Part shown: piece by piece, positions 30,719-41,346 of the stretch
Layout of the letters: each line of letters begins with the position of its first letter
How positions within the stretch are numbered: position 1 is the first letter of the stretch
Virus record (IMG/VR): IMGVR_UViG_2648501802_000002
From: a virus
Lineage: Duplodnaviria; Heunggongvirae; Uroviricota; Caudoviricetes
Reading direction: 5' to 3' (one strand)
Length of the DNA stretch: 64,000 nucleotides
The notes under the pieces: generated by a model
What the model was told of the DNA's origin: nothing
Seen by the model: only the letters and a program-made list of their open reading frames with translations
The model's database searches: none
Position numbers and translations under genes: made by a program

Positions 30719-31858
30719 TTAACCAAGAATCAGACAACCATGTGCCGGCTTCACTGATGAAACACCCCATGCCAGTCCAACTTCATAGCGCACCTGGCGA
30801 TACTGACGATACAGTGCAATCTGGAACGTAATCCCTGAAATCGGGTCCGTAACATTCATTACATCATCAGCATTATCGCCACCTTCCGGCATTGCCGGAG
30901 TACGGGATGCCAGCAGAAACGCGTTGCGATCAAACGCCATATTTGCCGTAAAGGCCCCAACAACTGTGATGGCAGTATCATCGGCCAGATCCTGACGCAG
31001 TCCGGGCGCTGCAAGAGTAATCAGATTGCTGGTCGCTGCTGCCACAACATACTGATTCGGATCACCAGCGAACGTAACAATCTGACCTGCAGAAATACTC
31101 CCCGAACCAGTATCAATGGAAATAAGAACATCGCCTTCTTTTTTCTCTCCATTCACGAGATAACCAGTTGCAGCAACCTTTGGCGCTCGTTTCACACCTG
31201 CCGAACTGTGAATATTGAATCCCTCCAGACGCCCCAACACGCCCTCACGCAGTAGCTGTTCAGTGCCGGATTCATTCACTTTAAACAATACAGACTGTTT
31301 TCCGCGCAAATTAGCAATGGCAGTGGAGCCAAGCACCATCTGCAGATCGGTTGTCGGTGCGCCGTTATCCTCCAGAACCTGACGAGCCAGAGCAGCATCA
31401 GAAAGATCATCTTTAACACCAAACGGCGTTGTCCCTGCGGTTCCCACGGCGCGGGAAGCACCGAAATACAACGCACCAAGATCAGCCTCAACCTCGTTTG
31501 CAAGGGCGCGAAAAGCCTGCTTGAACTGATCAGCCAGAATGGTGTTGTAAGTCCCTGAAGGGCCAAGAGCCAGTTGTTCTTCACCATTCCATTTAACCGG
31601 TGCCATTTTGGATTTAGTAATTTTTACATCAACAGTGCCAATATTTTGATCACCGGTATTCGGAGCTGACGGCCCCGGTACGATATCTTCGGTTTTCGCC
31701 TCAGGCGCAACTGGCGCGGTTACCGTCTGATCTTTTGCTGCGGCGTCAGCTTTTGCGTTTTTTGCTACCGCAGGGATAAAACCTACCTGCTCACGGGATA
31801 CAACATCCAGGGCGGTATAAATAGTCGGGATCAACCCGGTCAGGGTATTTCCAGCCAT
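30719..31858 (-). CDS. Major capsid protein
   Basis: ORF track 30719..31951; start placed at internal MAGNTLTGLIPT, which has an AAGGA Shine-Dalgarno upstream; follows the scaffold gene. Confidence 0.75.
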   Translation of the reverse strand: MAGNTLTGLIPTIYTALDVVSREQVGFIPAVAKNAKADAAAKDQTVTAPVAPEAKTEDIVPGPSAPNTGDQNIGTVDVKITKSKMAPVKWNGEEQLALGPSGTYNTILADQFKQAFRALANEVEADLGALYFGASRAVGTAGTTPFGVKDDLSDAALARQVLEDNGAPTTDLQMVLGSTAIANLRGKQSVLFKVNESGTEQLLREGVLGRLEGFNIHSSAGVKRAPKVAATGYLVNGEKKEGDVLISIDTGSGSISAGQIVTFAGDPNQYVVAAATSNLITLAAPGLRQDLADDTAITVVGAFTANMAFDRNAFLLASRTPAMPEGGDNADDVMNVTDPISGITFQIALYRQYRQVRYEVGLAWGVSSVKPAHGCLILG

Positions 31859-31956
31859 AATTAAATATTCCTTAAAAATTTGCGTAATTGTGAATAGATG
31901 GAGTAATGAGCTATCCAGCCCTGACACCAGCTCCCATCCGGAAGCTGACAAATGTG

Positions 31957-32793
31957 TTAATCAACGATTGTGATACCGTCTTTCAATGCGTTTTGCTTAC
32001 CTGCAACATCCAGTGCATCAAAAGCAGAGCGTTTCATCGTTTTCTGACCAATATCATGCTGTGTCGGACGGGAGCCGCCGCCATTGTTGCCACTGGCTTT
32101 CAGGATGTAGTCTTTCTGAGGGTAATTTTCGACAAGGAACTCCAGCGCCTCATCAAACTGCGCCAGTTCGCCAGGCTTCGCGCGGGAATAAATTTTGTTG
32201 CCGGAAGCGTCATAAGCAACGATCCTCCCTTCTTCCACTTTGAATGCCTGCCCGAAGCGGGCTTGTAATAAATCTGCCGGGATCGCAATTTTATCGGCAA
32301 TATATTTTGAACCCGCAAAACTACCGCCAATCATAGAATCGTAAAGCTGCTTCTCCAGCATCTGAGAGCGTTGCTTTTCTTCATCTAATTGCTGCTGAAA
32401 ATTTTTCGTAATTTCTGCCTTAACCTGGTCAACCTGTCCCGCATCGAGCAGCTTTTTCTGGTCGATTTTTGACAGCATTTCCAGTGCCTCGATCGCCTTC
32501 TTCGGGTCTTCGATAGCGGCAAACTTAGCCAGTTTTTCCTCTGCAGCTTCTTTAGCCAGGCGATGATTTTTTGCCTCGCCATTAAGCTCTGTAATTTTTT
32601 TTGTCGCCAGCGGTGCATCGAAGCCAATTTCTTTACCATCGTCGTGCACATAAACTGGCAGGCCAGCAGTATCAATTTCTGCGTATTGTTTTCCGTTAAT
32701 CTCGACCGTTTTCAGTTTCATATTAGTACCTGGTTTAAGTCTTCCGACAGTTACGCTGCTCACCATCCGGATCGCAGCAATAAAAAAGGCCAC
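31957..32793 (-). CDS. Scaffolding protein
   Basis: ORF track 278 aa; charged alpha-helical protein between head-morphogenesis and capsid genes. Confidence 0.6.
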   Translation of the reverse strand: MAFFIAAIRMVSSVTVGRLKPGTNMKLKTVEINGKQYAEIDTAGLPVYVHDDGKEIGFDAPLATKKITELNGEAKNHRLAKEAAEEKLAKFAAIEDPKKAIEALEMLSKIDQKKLLDAGQVDQVKAEITKNFQQQLDEEKQRSQMLEKQLYDSMIGGSFAGSKYIADKIAIPADLLQARFGQAFKVEEGRIVAYDASGNKIYSRAKPGELAQFDEALEFLVENYPQKDYILKASGNNGGGSRPTQHDIGQKTMKRSAFDALDVAGKQNALKDGITIVD

Positions 32794-32825
32794 CCGAAGG
32801 TAGCCTGTTGTAATAAATGATTTAT

Positions 32826-33941
32826 TTAAATCCCTGCTTTTCTGAATACCTGTGCATCACGCTCACGGAGCTGCTTCAGCGTCAGCCATTCGCCTTTATC
32901 GGTGTAAAATTCATCTGGCGACATACCACCATCCCGAATCAGCTTTGCTCGGGTTTCCCCCACAATCTGTTTTTGTCTGGTGTAAGGCTGACGCAAAAAC
33001 CATTCCCTGTAGGTTGTATCTCCGGCCACCACGCCATCCATGCTGGCCCGCTCAGCCGGGGAAATATCGCGAACATCAATACCCAGTTCCTTCGCTGATT
33101 TCAGAATGAACGTTTCCGTTGAGCGGCAGCAGAAATGAATTTTTCCCGGCCCCTGCAAATAAGGCACGCTGTGACCTACAGGTTTATTATTCAGCGTATA
33201 TTTGAGGCGATCCCTGATTCGACATTGTGGCGTAGTACGATTATCAAGCGTTGATAACCATTGCTTACCCTTAATCAAATCATTATTCGCGCTGGCAAAA
33301 CTCTCACGGGCAGTAGCAGCAAGATGTCCAACCGCTGTTTTTGCAATGCTGGCCGCATTAGCCCGGCTCATCTGCAATGCACCATCCTGAAATCCCTTAC
33401 TGACATGTCCCCGAATTTTTCTTGCGATCTGCTCATTGGTATCCCCCAGCAAAAAACCCTGACGCACTGTATTTGTTATGCGTCTGAGCCGATCCGCCTC
33501 AAGATCTGAGGCCCACTCACTGAGCAGTCGTCCCTGGAATGGTCGCGCCATTGCAGCGGCATAAAGTGCATCAGGAGAGATACCAACCAGAGGGTGAACA
33601 TCAGCAACAAAATCAGGTAGCATAGAATCAAACAGACTTAACTGATAACCAGCCTCATAAATTGCCAGCTCGTTCAGCTCTCCGGAGAGACTGGTAAACA
33701 TGCTGTTAATAGCAGTGCGGTTAACCTTTCTGACGCTCGCCAGAAGTGACTCCAGGCGCTTAACGGTAAAATTACCTGGATCGAGGCTGTCCAGTGCTAT
33801 CAGCAGGCGAGCAGTAAGTTCCGCATCGCTGTCATTCAGTATTTTCACCATTCTGGCAGCCACGCCAGTGCTATAGCGGGATATCCAGACTGCATGAGCA
33901 ATTGATTCATCACGCAGCCGTTCATTCACGGTTTGCATCAT
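32826..33941 (-). CDS. Head morphogenesis protein (SPP1 gp7 / Mu F-like minor head protein)
   Basis: ORF track 371 aa; immediately downstream of the portal gene. Confidence 0.65.
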   Translation of the reverse strand: MMQTVNERLRDESIAHAVWISRYSTGVAARMVKILNDSDAELTARLLIALDSLDPGNFTVKRLESLLASVRKVNRTAINSMFTSLSGELNELAIYEAGYQLSLFDSMLPDFVADVHPLVGISPDALYAAAMARPFQGRLLSEWASDLEADRLRRITNTVRQGFLLGDTNEQIARKIRGHVSKGFQDGALQMSRANAASIAKTAVGHLAATARESFASANNDLIKGKQWLSTLDNRTTPQCRIRDRLKYTLNNKPVGHSVPYLQGPGKIHFCCRSTETFILKSAKELGIDVRDISPAERASMDGVVAGDTTYREWFLRQPYTRQKQIVGETRAKLIRDGGMSPDEFYTDKGEWLTLKQLRERDAQVFRKAGI

Positions 33942-35328
33942 TGATTTCCATCAGCATTACACTCTGATTTTTTAATTCATCGATCACTTCCTCTGGACGG
34001 GAATCCTGATCGATAAATTTCAACGCCTGCAACACCCGAACCGCATCAATCTGACGTATATCACCGCCCTGACGCAATGACTGAACAGCCAGCGCGGAGG
34101 ATGAGTCAAACACCTGGGCAGATACATCCAGTTCAGTGCGCACATCCACATTGCCACCGCAACTCTCTCCGATCCATTCCGCCATTATCTGGAGAATATT
34201 ATCGAGGGCATCTTCGAGGGAGTTCGCCATTGTATAAAGCGGCGAGTTTTCCTGCATTCGCTCTTCATTAGTCTGATCAACAGATTTGGTGGATGTATTT
34301 TCAGCACGCAGAAGTTTAGCGCCGGCATGACGCATCTGATTTTCCAGCTTCTCAAGTGATGTTTCGCCAGATTCTATCGCTGCGCCACTATGTTCAACAT
34401 ATTCGAGGCCATTTTTTGTTCTGTCCTCAAAAATCGTAGCGGTGGATGCACCAACCGTCAGTTCTTCATTCCTGTCCAGCCCGTAGGCCACCAGCAATGG
34501 AACGCGGGTAACATGAAGAATATTGTCCTGCTCGCTCTGGCTTTGCCAGTGCTTGATATTCAGCAAGCCAAGATTAAGCAATGGCGGTGTACCACGCATA
34601 AATCCTGTTTTCTTCGTGTACAGTGTTACCAGAGGAATATCATCACGGCTGGTATTCCATGACTCATGAAGCGTCCAGACAGATTCGCCATTAGTGCCTT
34701 CGCTACGTCGATAAATTTCAACTCGACGGGGCATAATATGGCGGATCTGCTCCACCTTCTTCTGCCCGAAATCATCACCATCAATAATGATGACCTCTTT
34801 TATACGCAAATCAGTGAGAACAACTTTCCCTTTTTCAACTTTCGATTTCCATCCAATAACCTGGCGTGGATTCAGCATCGTAACGTACGGACGACCACCG
34901 GTCGCGTTTTCATCGGCTTTTGTACGAATCTCTTTCATATCCGTTCGTGGATAGTCCACCAGCGCATGTGCCACACCATACTGAAATGCGAGGCTGAAAA
35001 ATTGCTGGGCCCACACATCCAGTCGGCTCCCCTCCATGTCGATATTTTCTGCATATTCCCTGATTTTTGCCGGCGTTTCCTCACTCAATACTGTCGGCTC
35101 TGCAAATATGCGCCCAATATTTTGCTTGATGCTTTCTTCATACACAGGAAGTAGCGTAGCCACAGACAGGCGTTTTTTATAAGCGTCTTCATCTTCGTTA
35201 GGCCATTTTGGGAGATAATTTTCCCCCTGCCTGCGCATTTCAAGCGTACCGCCCATCAGTGCGTCGTTAATATCCCACGCCTCCAGCATATCGTTATAGT
35301 CGAGGTTGGGTGTTGATATATCAGCCAT
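33922..35328 (-). CDS. Portal protein
   Basis: ORF track 468 aa; follows terminase large subunit; acidic C-terminus. Confidence 0.8.
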   Translation of the reverse strand: MADISTPNLDYNDMLEAWDINDALMGGTLEMRRQGENYLPKWPNEDEDAYKKRLSVATLLPVYEESIKQNIGRIFAEPTVLSEETPAKIREYAENIDMEGSRLDVWAQQFFSLAFQYGVAHALVDYPRTDMKEIRTKADENATGGRPYVTMLNPRQVIGWKSKVEKGKVVLTDLRIKEVIIIDGDDFGQKKVEQIRHIMPRRVEIYRRSEGTNGESVWTLHESWNTSRDDIPLVTLYTKKTGFMRGTPPLLNLGLLNIKHWQSQSEQDNILHVTRVPLLVAYGLDRNEELTVGASTATIFEDRTKNGLEYVEHSGAAIESGETSLEKLENQMRHAGAKLLRAENTSTKSVDQTNEERMQENSPLYTMANSLEDALDNILQIMAEWIGESCGGNVDVRTELDVSAQVFDSSSALAVQSLRQGGDIRQIDAVRVLQALKFIDQDSRPEEVIDELKNQSVMLMEINDANRE

Positions 35329-35330
35329 AA

Positions 35331-36641
35331 TTAAATCCGAAGTGATGTGACTCTTCCGGTCGGTTTGACAATAGGGAATTGCTTAACGATGAAATAACCT
35401 CCTGCATCATTCGGGTGATCATTGCCAGATTTTTTATCAGGCTCCCCCTTCTCATCCCAGACCTGTTGCTCCAGAGATTCGGCATATAACGGGCAACGCT
35501 TCACATTAACTTTATAGCGACGCTCACCATTGGCATTGCAGAACATTGCATTCATTGAGTTAACGCGATCTTTTACTGGCGGGTTCGAGCTGTTCACCAC
35601 AACGTTAAAACCAGCCTGCTTAAGCTGGGCTATATCCGTCGTACTTGCGTTACTTGATTTTCTGGAATCCCCGGAAGCATCTGGATAAATATAAATTTCC
35701 CTCACTTTCCGGTAATCATTCCCATCATACAGCCAGAAGCGTTCTTTAATGATGCGGATCATATCCGGCGTATCGTAGGCATTGATGATTTCAGTTACCG
35801 CACATGGAAGCCCCAAACGCAGCACATGGACGATTCCCGCCATCTTTCCAACGTTAAAATCCATCCCAATATAAATCGGCTCCCCTGGCTGCTCCACTTC
35901 TTCGCAATTATTCAGTTTCCGGTCAAACTGATGGTAAACAGTACCACTTGTCAGGTTAGTAAACTGTCCTCGAAGATAGGCTTTAATCAGCTCTGGAGGG
36001 TATGATTCAAGAAGCGAAGGAATGTAATCTGCTGGCAGGTTCTTTTCATTATCGAAAGTAGATGCCTGCACCAGACCATACAGTGAGGCCAGCTCTGTTT
36101 TTTCACGCACGGCTTTAACAAACTGCTCGTAGACAAATTTGAATCCTTCCGGCGTGGTTGTAACGTCAATACCGTTGCGAAGTCCATCAATCTTATAACG
36201 CATACGTGCAATTATCTTGCGCCACGCCGTTCTGGCTTTTTCCTTCGGCAAAATGTCCAGTTCATCCACCAACGCATTACCAATTTTGAAACCGACGATC
36301 GTTTGTGGCTTCTCCATCGATCTGCAGATAGTGGTTCCCCGATACTGGCGTCCGTAATAAAAGTGAACCTCTTTATTTCCCTCATTAATTTTTACGTTCA
36401 ATCCCCAGTCAGCAGCAACTTCTTCCACTGTAGGGTAAAAAATATCGCGAATTTGGGGATACGTTGGCGCAAAATATCCCTGATTTATACCTGGATGCTC
36501 CCAAATCCCCTTGCATATGCCGCCACACCCAACCCATGTTTTGCCCGAGCCAAAACCAGCAATATAGGCTTTAAATTTATGGGGCATTGAAAGAAATCGC
36601 GCCTGAGGCACATTAAGCGTCGGAGAGATCATCTTCATCAC
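35331..36641 (-). CDS. Terminase large subunit
   Basis: ORF track 436 aa; Walker A (AGFGSGKTWVG) and C-terminal nuclease-like acidic motifs (IYIYPDASGDSR). Confidence 0.9.
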   Translation of the reverse strand: MMKMISPTLNVPQARFLSMPHKFKAYIAGFGSGKTWVGCGGICKGIWEHPGINQGYFAPTYPQIRDIFYPTVEEVAADWGLNVKINEGNKEVHFYYGRQYRGTTICRSMEKPQTIVGFKIGNALVDELDILPKEKARTAWRKIIARMRYKIDGLRNGIDVTTTPEGFKFVYEQFVKAVREKTELASLYGLVQASTFDNEKNLPADYIPSLLESYPPELIKAYLRGQFTNLTSGTVYHQFDRKLNNCEEVEQPGEPIYIGMDFNVGKMAGIVHVLRLGLPCAVTEIINAYDTPDMIRIIKERFWLYDGNDYRKVREIYIYPDASGDSRKSSNASTTDIAQLKQAGFNVVVNSSNPPVKDRVNSMNAMFCNANGERRYKVNVKRCPLYAESLEQQVWDEKGEPDKKSGNDHPNDAGGYFIVKQFPIVKPTGRVTSLRI

Positions 36642-37707
36642 TCCTTACTCTGGCATCAACCACATTAATATTGATCGCCACAGGCTGGGGATGTTCATTA
36701 TCTTCCACCGTTTCGATCTCTTTGCGCAGCTTCTGGTTTTCCATTCTGCGCCGTTCAATTTCCAGTTCCTGTAGCCGTTTATCTGCACATAAAGCCCCGC
36801 CAGCAGAAAACAAACGCAACAATTCACGCCGGGCGGCAGCCTTATCCTCCAGCAGGATCTCAACGCCGAATTTTCCGAATTTTGCCCCTGCATATAATTG
36901 CCGCGCATCCCCATCAAGCAGAGTGGTATCAGCCATATAAAGCTGTCCCGTTCCCTCACCGCAGCACTTCGGGCAGTCCGGATTGGGTATGGCGTTATCA
37001 ACAAAGCCGAGGCCTCCATATTCCGGTTCGGGTTTGCCATCTCTGGAAGCCTGCGCCGCTGCCTTGTCGAATTCTGCTATATCGCGCCACTGGTAGAGAT
37101 GATTCTCGCCCCAGCAATAACGGCAGTTAACACGGCGAAATTGTGCAAGCTGATTGGGGTCGGCCAGGACAATAGCCATCAACTGACTCACTAGTAAATC
37201 CAGGTCTGCGGTATAGCGTTTCTGGTACTGATTGCGGAAGTAGCTGATAGCGCGAAAAACCCTGGCATTTCTAAGCATACGACTGGCGTTGCTGTTAGCT
37301 GTCGCACCTTGCCCCTCATAACCGGCTAGTCGGTACGCCTCTGTCGGCTTTTTACCCTGAGCAACAAGCATCGCAAACTTAGCCTGCTGGTCAGAAATGC
37401 CGAATTCATCGGGACAGAACGAAAATTCCTCCGCGTCGCCCTCATTCAGGCCCGCATCGAATACTGGCTTTTTTTCCTGAGATTTTTCGTTCCGCTTTTG
37501 TGCAGTCTGCGCAGATTTTTTCTGCGCACTTTTTTGCGCAGTTTTGCACATTTCTGTCTGCGCATTTTTCGGAGTTTTTTTGATGTAACGACGGGCTGTT
37601 GCGTAATTCAGTCCCCTTGCTTCACACCATGCCACCGGAGATATACCGGAGCGGGTGTATTCAGCAATATACTCCTGCTGCAACGCCCCCCAGTCCGGTC
37701 TGCTCAT
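36613..37707 (-). CDS. Terminase small subunit-like DNA-binding protein
   Basis: ORF track 364 aa; N-terminal HTH (ISPVAWCEARGLNYATARRYIKK); immediately upstream of and overlapping the large terminase gene. Confidence 0.5.
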   Translation of the reverse strand: MSRPDWGALQQEYIAEYTRSGISPVAWCEARGLNYATARRYIKKTPKNAQTEMCKTAQKSAQKKSAQTAQKRNEKSQEKKPVFDAGLNEGDAEEFSFCPDEFGISDQQAKFAMLVAQGKKPTEAYRLAGYEGQGATANSNASRMLRNARVFRAISYFRNQYQKRYTADLDLLVSQLMAIVLADPNQLAQFRRVNCRYCWGENHLYQWRDIAEFDKAAAQASRDGKPEPEYGGLGFVDNAIPNPDCPKCCGEGTGQLYMADTTLLDGDARQLYAGAKFGKFGVEILLEDKAAARRELLRLFSAGGALCADKRLQELEIERRRMENQKLRKEIETVEDNEHPQPVAININVVDARVRSDEDDLSDA

Positions 37708-37710
37708 CAG

Positions 37711-37962
37711 TTAGTCCTGATTTTTATCCACCCTGAGTAGTTCGCGCAGAGCAAAGGCATCCCCTTTTCTGGCAAGCTTAAACAATGCCGCTCGTAACTC
37801 GGCTTCACCTTTCGCTCTGCCCTTACGGATGGCCGCATAAAAATCTGTCATTGCTTCCCGATTTTCTTTCAGTCGGTTCAGATCAACATCCAGAACGTCA
37901 GCGATTTGTTGTGCAGTCATCCGGCACGCTGCCAGAGACTCGACTTTCGAATACGGAATCAT
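37711..37962 (-). CDS. Small HTH DNA-binding protein
   Basis: ORF track 83 aa; HTH-like MTAQQIADVLDVDLNRL. Confidence 0.4.
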   Translation of the reverse strand: MIPYSKVESLAACRMTAQQIADVLDVDLNRLKENREAMTDFYAAIRKGRAKGEAELRAALFKLARKGDAFALRELLRVDKNQD

Positions 37963-38851
37963 TTGTCACCCCCATTGATATGCAGGGTGTCTTCTTCCTG
38001 TATTTTTCGTGAAGGATTTTTACTGCAGCGTTGTTCCAGGTGACCTGATGGTGAATGCGTTTATGGCTGGCACCCATCAGTGAGATTTTTACGCACGACG
38101 GCGCATACATGACGGAGTAAAAACTTTTAACGTAGGTTCCGGAATCCAGATACAGCTCGGTCATTCCGCCGCTGTTTTTCTGCGTCTGTTTCTGCCCTAA
38201 CTGGACAGCACCGATCGTCATAAACAATTCACCACAGCGACCGAGATTCGTGTACGTATTCACATCCTCGTTAATGCGCCCCATGAATGAGAACGGTCGA
38301 TCAACCGAACAGATAAAGCTGTTCATTGCCTTGCGTTTCACCCACGAAGCATGGCCGCCATTGTCACCAAGAAAATCCCCGCCCTGCGACATAGCGATGG
38401 AAAGAGCAGGTATTGATTCGTAGTACGCCAGCATTTCAGAAAGGATCGCATCCAGTTTCCTTATCGGAAAATAGGCCTGGTCATAGTTGCGATCCACCCG
38501 AAACTGGAACTCGTGATAATCATCATCGAGCTGAATGAAGTATTTACACCCGACCAGTTTTGCCAGGTCGAAACAGGCATTACGGGCGTAAAAAATTGAG
38601 CGGCGGTCACAGAAATTATCGGCTTCGTCAAAACGACTGGCGATATCGGCTTTGGAAAACACCAGCACCTGTTCACCAAATTCAGCCATGTACTGATTCC
38701 GTGTCTTATCTTCATCATCAACAACGATAAAAATTTTCCCGGTATAGCCAGCACGACGCAACGTCCGGTAAGTCAGAACTTTGTCCGGTCGCCCGTGAGT
38801 CAGAATAAAGGCGCAAAAATCATCACGCATATTCCTCCTCCTCACCACCAT
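37898..38851 (-). CDS. Hypothetical protein, possible nucleotide-sugar transferase-like fold (acidic DxD-like motifs)
   Basis: ORF track 317 aa; IFIVVDDED and IQLDDDYHEF motifs; overlaps and is coupled to the upstream ParB-like gene. Confidence 0.4.
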   Translation of the reverse strand: MVVRRRNMRDDFCAFILTHGRPDKVLTYRTLRRAGYTGKIFIVVDDEDKTRNQYMAEFGEQVLVFSKADIASRFDEADNFCDRRSIFYARNACFDLAKLVGCKYFIQLDDDYHEFQFRVDRNYDQAYFPIRKLDAILSEMLAYYESIPALSIAMSQGGDFLGDNGGHASWVKRKAMNSFICSVDRPFSFMGRINEDVNTYTNLGRCGELFMTIGAVQLGQKQTQKNSGGMTELYLDSGTYVKSFYSVMYAPSCVKISLMGASHKRIHHQVTWNNAAVKILHEKYRKKTPCISMGVTNDSVFESRVSGSVPDDCTTNR

Positions 38852-39614
38852 GCATGATCTCCACCATGCGCTGCGTCATCCGGACAAATCCATTTTCAAT
38901 AGCCTGCTGATAATCAATGATCACCAGCGCCGACTCCTCGAAAAAACACTGAATTTCAGAGGGGGCGTGAGCGTAATAGTCCGCAATTCTGCTGAAATTA
39001 AACACCGTGTGACGTTCTGCCGCACACAGGAGGAATTTCTCAATATCAGGCTCAAGGGACGCCGAACGTATCCGGCTGATCAGCTCCTGAGTTTTCGTAT
39101 CGTCGTACAGTTCACTGATATCCGGTTTACCGCCCGACGGCTCATAAACAGGCGTATCAATTTTCGTCGCATACGGCTCCTCCTCATTTCCTGTACCGGG
39201 CAAAACATCCGTCAACAGTTCATCAATTTCTGTCGGGATGAAGCCTGTCAGGGAGACATCAAAATCAGCATTGATTAGGTCCGACAGCTCCATCCGCAAC
39301 AGATCTTCATCCCAGCCAGCATTCATCGGCAGGCGATTATCTGCCAGGCGGTACGCCTTTTTCTGCTCATCCGTCAGGCCAGACAGAACAATGACCGGAA
39401 CAGAATCCATTTTGAGCATTTCAGCCGCCATAACACGACCGTGACCCGCAATAATTTCGCCCTTTTCGTCAATCAGCACCGGATTAGTCCAGCCGAATTG
39501 CTTAATACTTTCTACCAGTTGTGCCACCTGCTCAGGGCTGTGCGTCCTGGCGTTGTGCGCATACGGTGACAATTCTTGTAATGGGCGATAGACTATCTTT
39601 AATTTCTCGCTCAT
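38823..39614 (-). CDS. ynaK: ParB-like nuclease domain protein (full-length counterpart of Rac ynaK)
   Basis: ORF track 263 aa; ParB N-terminal motif (PVLIDEKGEIIAGHGRVMAA). Confidence 0.7.
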   Translation of the reverse strand: MSEKLKIVYRPLQELSPYAHNARTHSPEQVAQLVESIKQFGWTNPVLIDEKGEIIAGHGRVMAAEMLKMDSVPVIVLSGLTDEQKKAYRLADNRLPMNAGWDEDLLRMELSDLINADFDVSLTGFIPTEIDELLTDVLPGTGNEEEPYATKIDTPVYEPSGGKPDISELYDDTKTQELISRIRSASLEPDIEKFLLCAAERHTVFNFSRIADYYAHAPSEIQCFFEESALVIIDYQQAIENGFVRMTQRMVEIMHGGEEEEYA

Positions 39615-39751
39615 ACAGCCTTGCTTTATGAATAAAACGCACCCCAGCAGCCAGTGCTACTGGGGACGGAGGGGTTGCTGGTAAAGTTAGGTATTGGATC
39701 AATGAGTGAGTCAACATAATATTAAACTCACAATTATAAATCAGCCATATA

Positions 39752-41227
39752 TTAGGAGCGCCAAAAAAAACCTGAAAACAATATAATAACAGGATAAATT
39801 TCAAGGCGACCAAGAATCATAGCTATGCACATTAAACATTTTGCAATGTCATTAAGCACTCCGAATGACGATGCAGTAGCCCCAAAACCTAATCCCATAT
39901 TATTAATACATGCAGCCACTGTTGCAAATGATGTAAGAAAATCATATCCCATACCATTTAACACCAGTATAAAAAACACCGTGAAGAGAGTATAAAGAAA
40001 AAAGAAACTCCATACAGACCTCATTACACGATCTGTAACTATCTTCCCTCCTACATTTACACTCAACAACGCTCTGGGATGAGAAAGCTGATTTATCTCG
40101 TGTTTGCTTTGTTTGAAAAGTATAAGAAATCGAAGTGACTTAATTCCACCACAAGTTGAACCTATACATCCCCCAAAGAAACTTGACAACAGCAAAAACA
40201 CTATCGTGTGCGTGGGCCAACTTGCATAATCCTGCGTAGCTAAACCATTATCAGTGAGCATGGAGCTGGCAAGAAAAAACGAATGAATAAAACTTCCATG
40301 CAAGTCATACATACCTATATGCCAGACCTGGAAAGAGGTAACAATGATCACCCCTAAGGCTATTAACAGAAAGAAACGAAGTTCAATATCTCTGATTAAA
40401 GGTTTTATCGTTTTCCTGCTAATAACAATATACCAAAGAGTGAAGTTGAAAGCCGATAGCAGGGAAAAAGAACCAGCCACCAGCTCAACCAAATAGTTAT
40501 TAAAATATCCGATACTCTCGCTATGAGTTGAGAAACCACCAAGCGAAACTGTGGAAATCCCGTGACAAATAGCATCAAACAAAGGCATTCCTGCAAGTCT
40601 ATAACAGACAATACAAGCAATACCTAATAAAGAATAAGTTATCCACAGTGTCCGTGACGTATCGGCCAGGCGGGGAGTGAGTTTGTCATCCTTAAATGGC
40701 CCCGGCATTTCTGACTGATAAAGCTTTGCACCACCAATACCCAATAATGGCAATACAGCAACCGCCAGAACAATAACTCCTAAACCACCTATAAAATTTA
40801 ACTGTGACCGATAGTACAAATATGCCCGAGGTAATGAACTAACATCATCAATTACAGTTGCTCCTGTTGTTGTTATTCCAGAAACCCCTTCAAACAGAGC
40901 ATCAATGAACGTTAAATTAAGTTCTGAGTCAATCCATAAAGGGAATGCACTAATAACAGAAAACAAAATCCAAAACATTACAATTATAATAAACCCATCA
41001 CGGGTACGTAATTGAATGCCAGATTTCTTAGTTGTATACCACGCTCCGCCACCAATGCAAAAAAATATAACGAAAGTTATAAAGAAAACGAACAGGCTTT
41101 TTTCTTTATAAAACAATGCTACAACCATTGGTGGCAACATTGAAAGACTATAGAGCCAAACCAGGAACCCACACATATGAGTAACAACTCTTACATGAGA
41201 TGTATTCATATCTAAATATTCTTTCAA
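39752..41227 (-). CDS. trkG: TrkH/TrkG-family potassium uptake membrane protein (Rac prophage TrkG)
   Basis: ORF track 491 aa; polytopic membrane protein with repeated selectivity-filter-like glycines (SGITTTGATV, GGLGV, LGGFST); AT-rich moron in the position Rac has trkG after rz. Confidence 0.85.
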   Translation of the reverse strand: MKEYLDMNTSHVRVVTHMCGFLVWLYSLSMLPPMVVALFYKEKSLFVFFITFVIFFCIGGGAWYTTKKSGIQLRTRDGFIIIVMFWILFSVISAFPLWIDSELNLTFIDALFEGVSGITTTGATVIDDVSSLPRAYLYYRSQLNFIGGLGVIVLAVAVLPLLGIGGAKLYQSEMPGPFKDDKLTPRLADTSRTLWITYSLLGIACIVCYRLAGMPLFDAICHGISTVSLGGFSTHSESIGYFNNYLVELVAGSFSLLSAFNFTLWYIVISRKTIKPLIRDIELRFFLLIALGVIIVTSFQVWHIGMYDLHGSFIHSFFLASSMLTDNGLATQDYASWPTHTIVFLLLSSFFGGCIGSTCGGIKSLRFLILFKQSKHEINQLSHPRALLSVNVGGKIVTDRVMRSVWSFFFLYTLFTVFFILVLNGMGYDFLTSFATVAACINNMGLGFGATASSFGVLNDIAKCLMCIAMILGRLEIYPVIILFSGFFWRS

Positions 41228-41346
41228 TTATAACCACCTTGCTGCAATATTATGATTATACTGTATAAAATTTAACTCCTCTTAGATCTTACTTCACTGT
41301 TCCTTATGAAACAATCATCAAAATGAATCATATTGTAGTTAAGATT

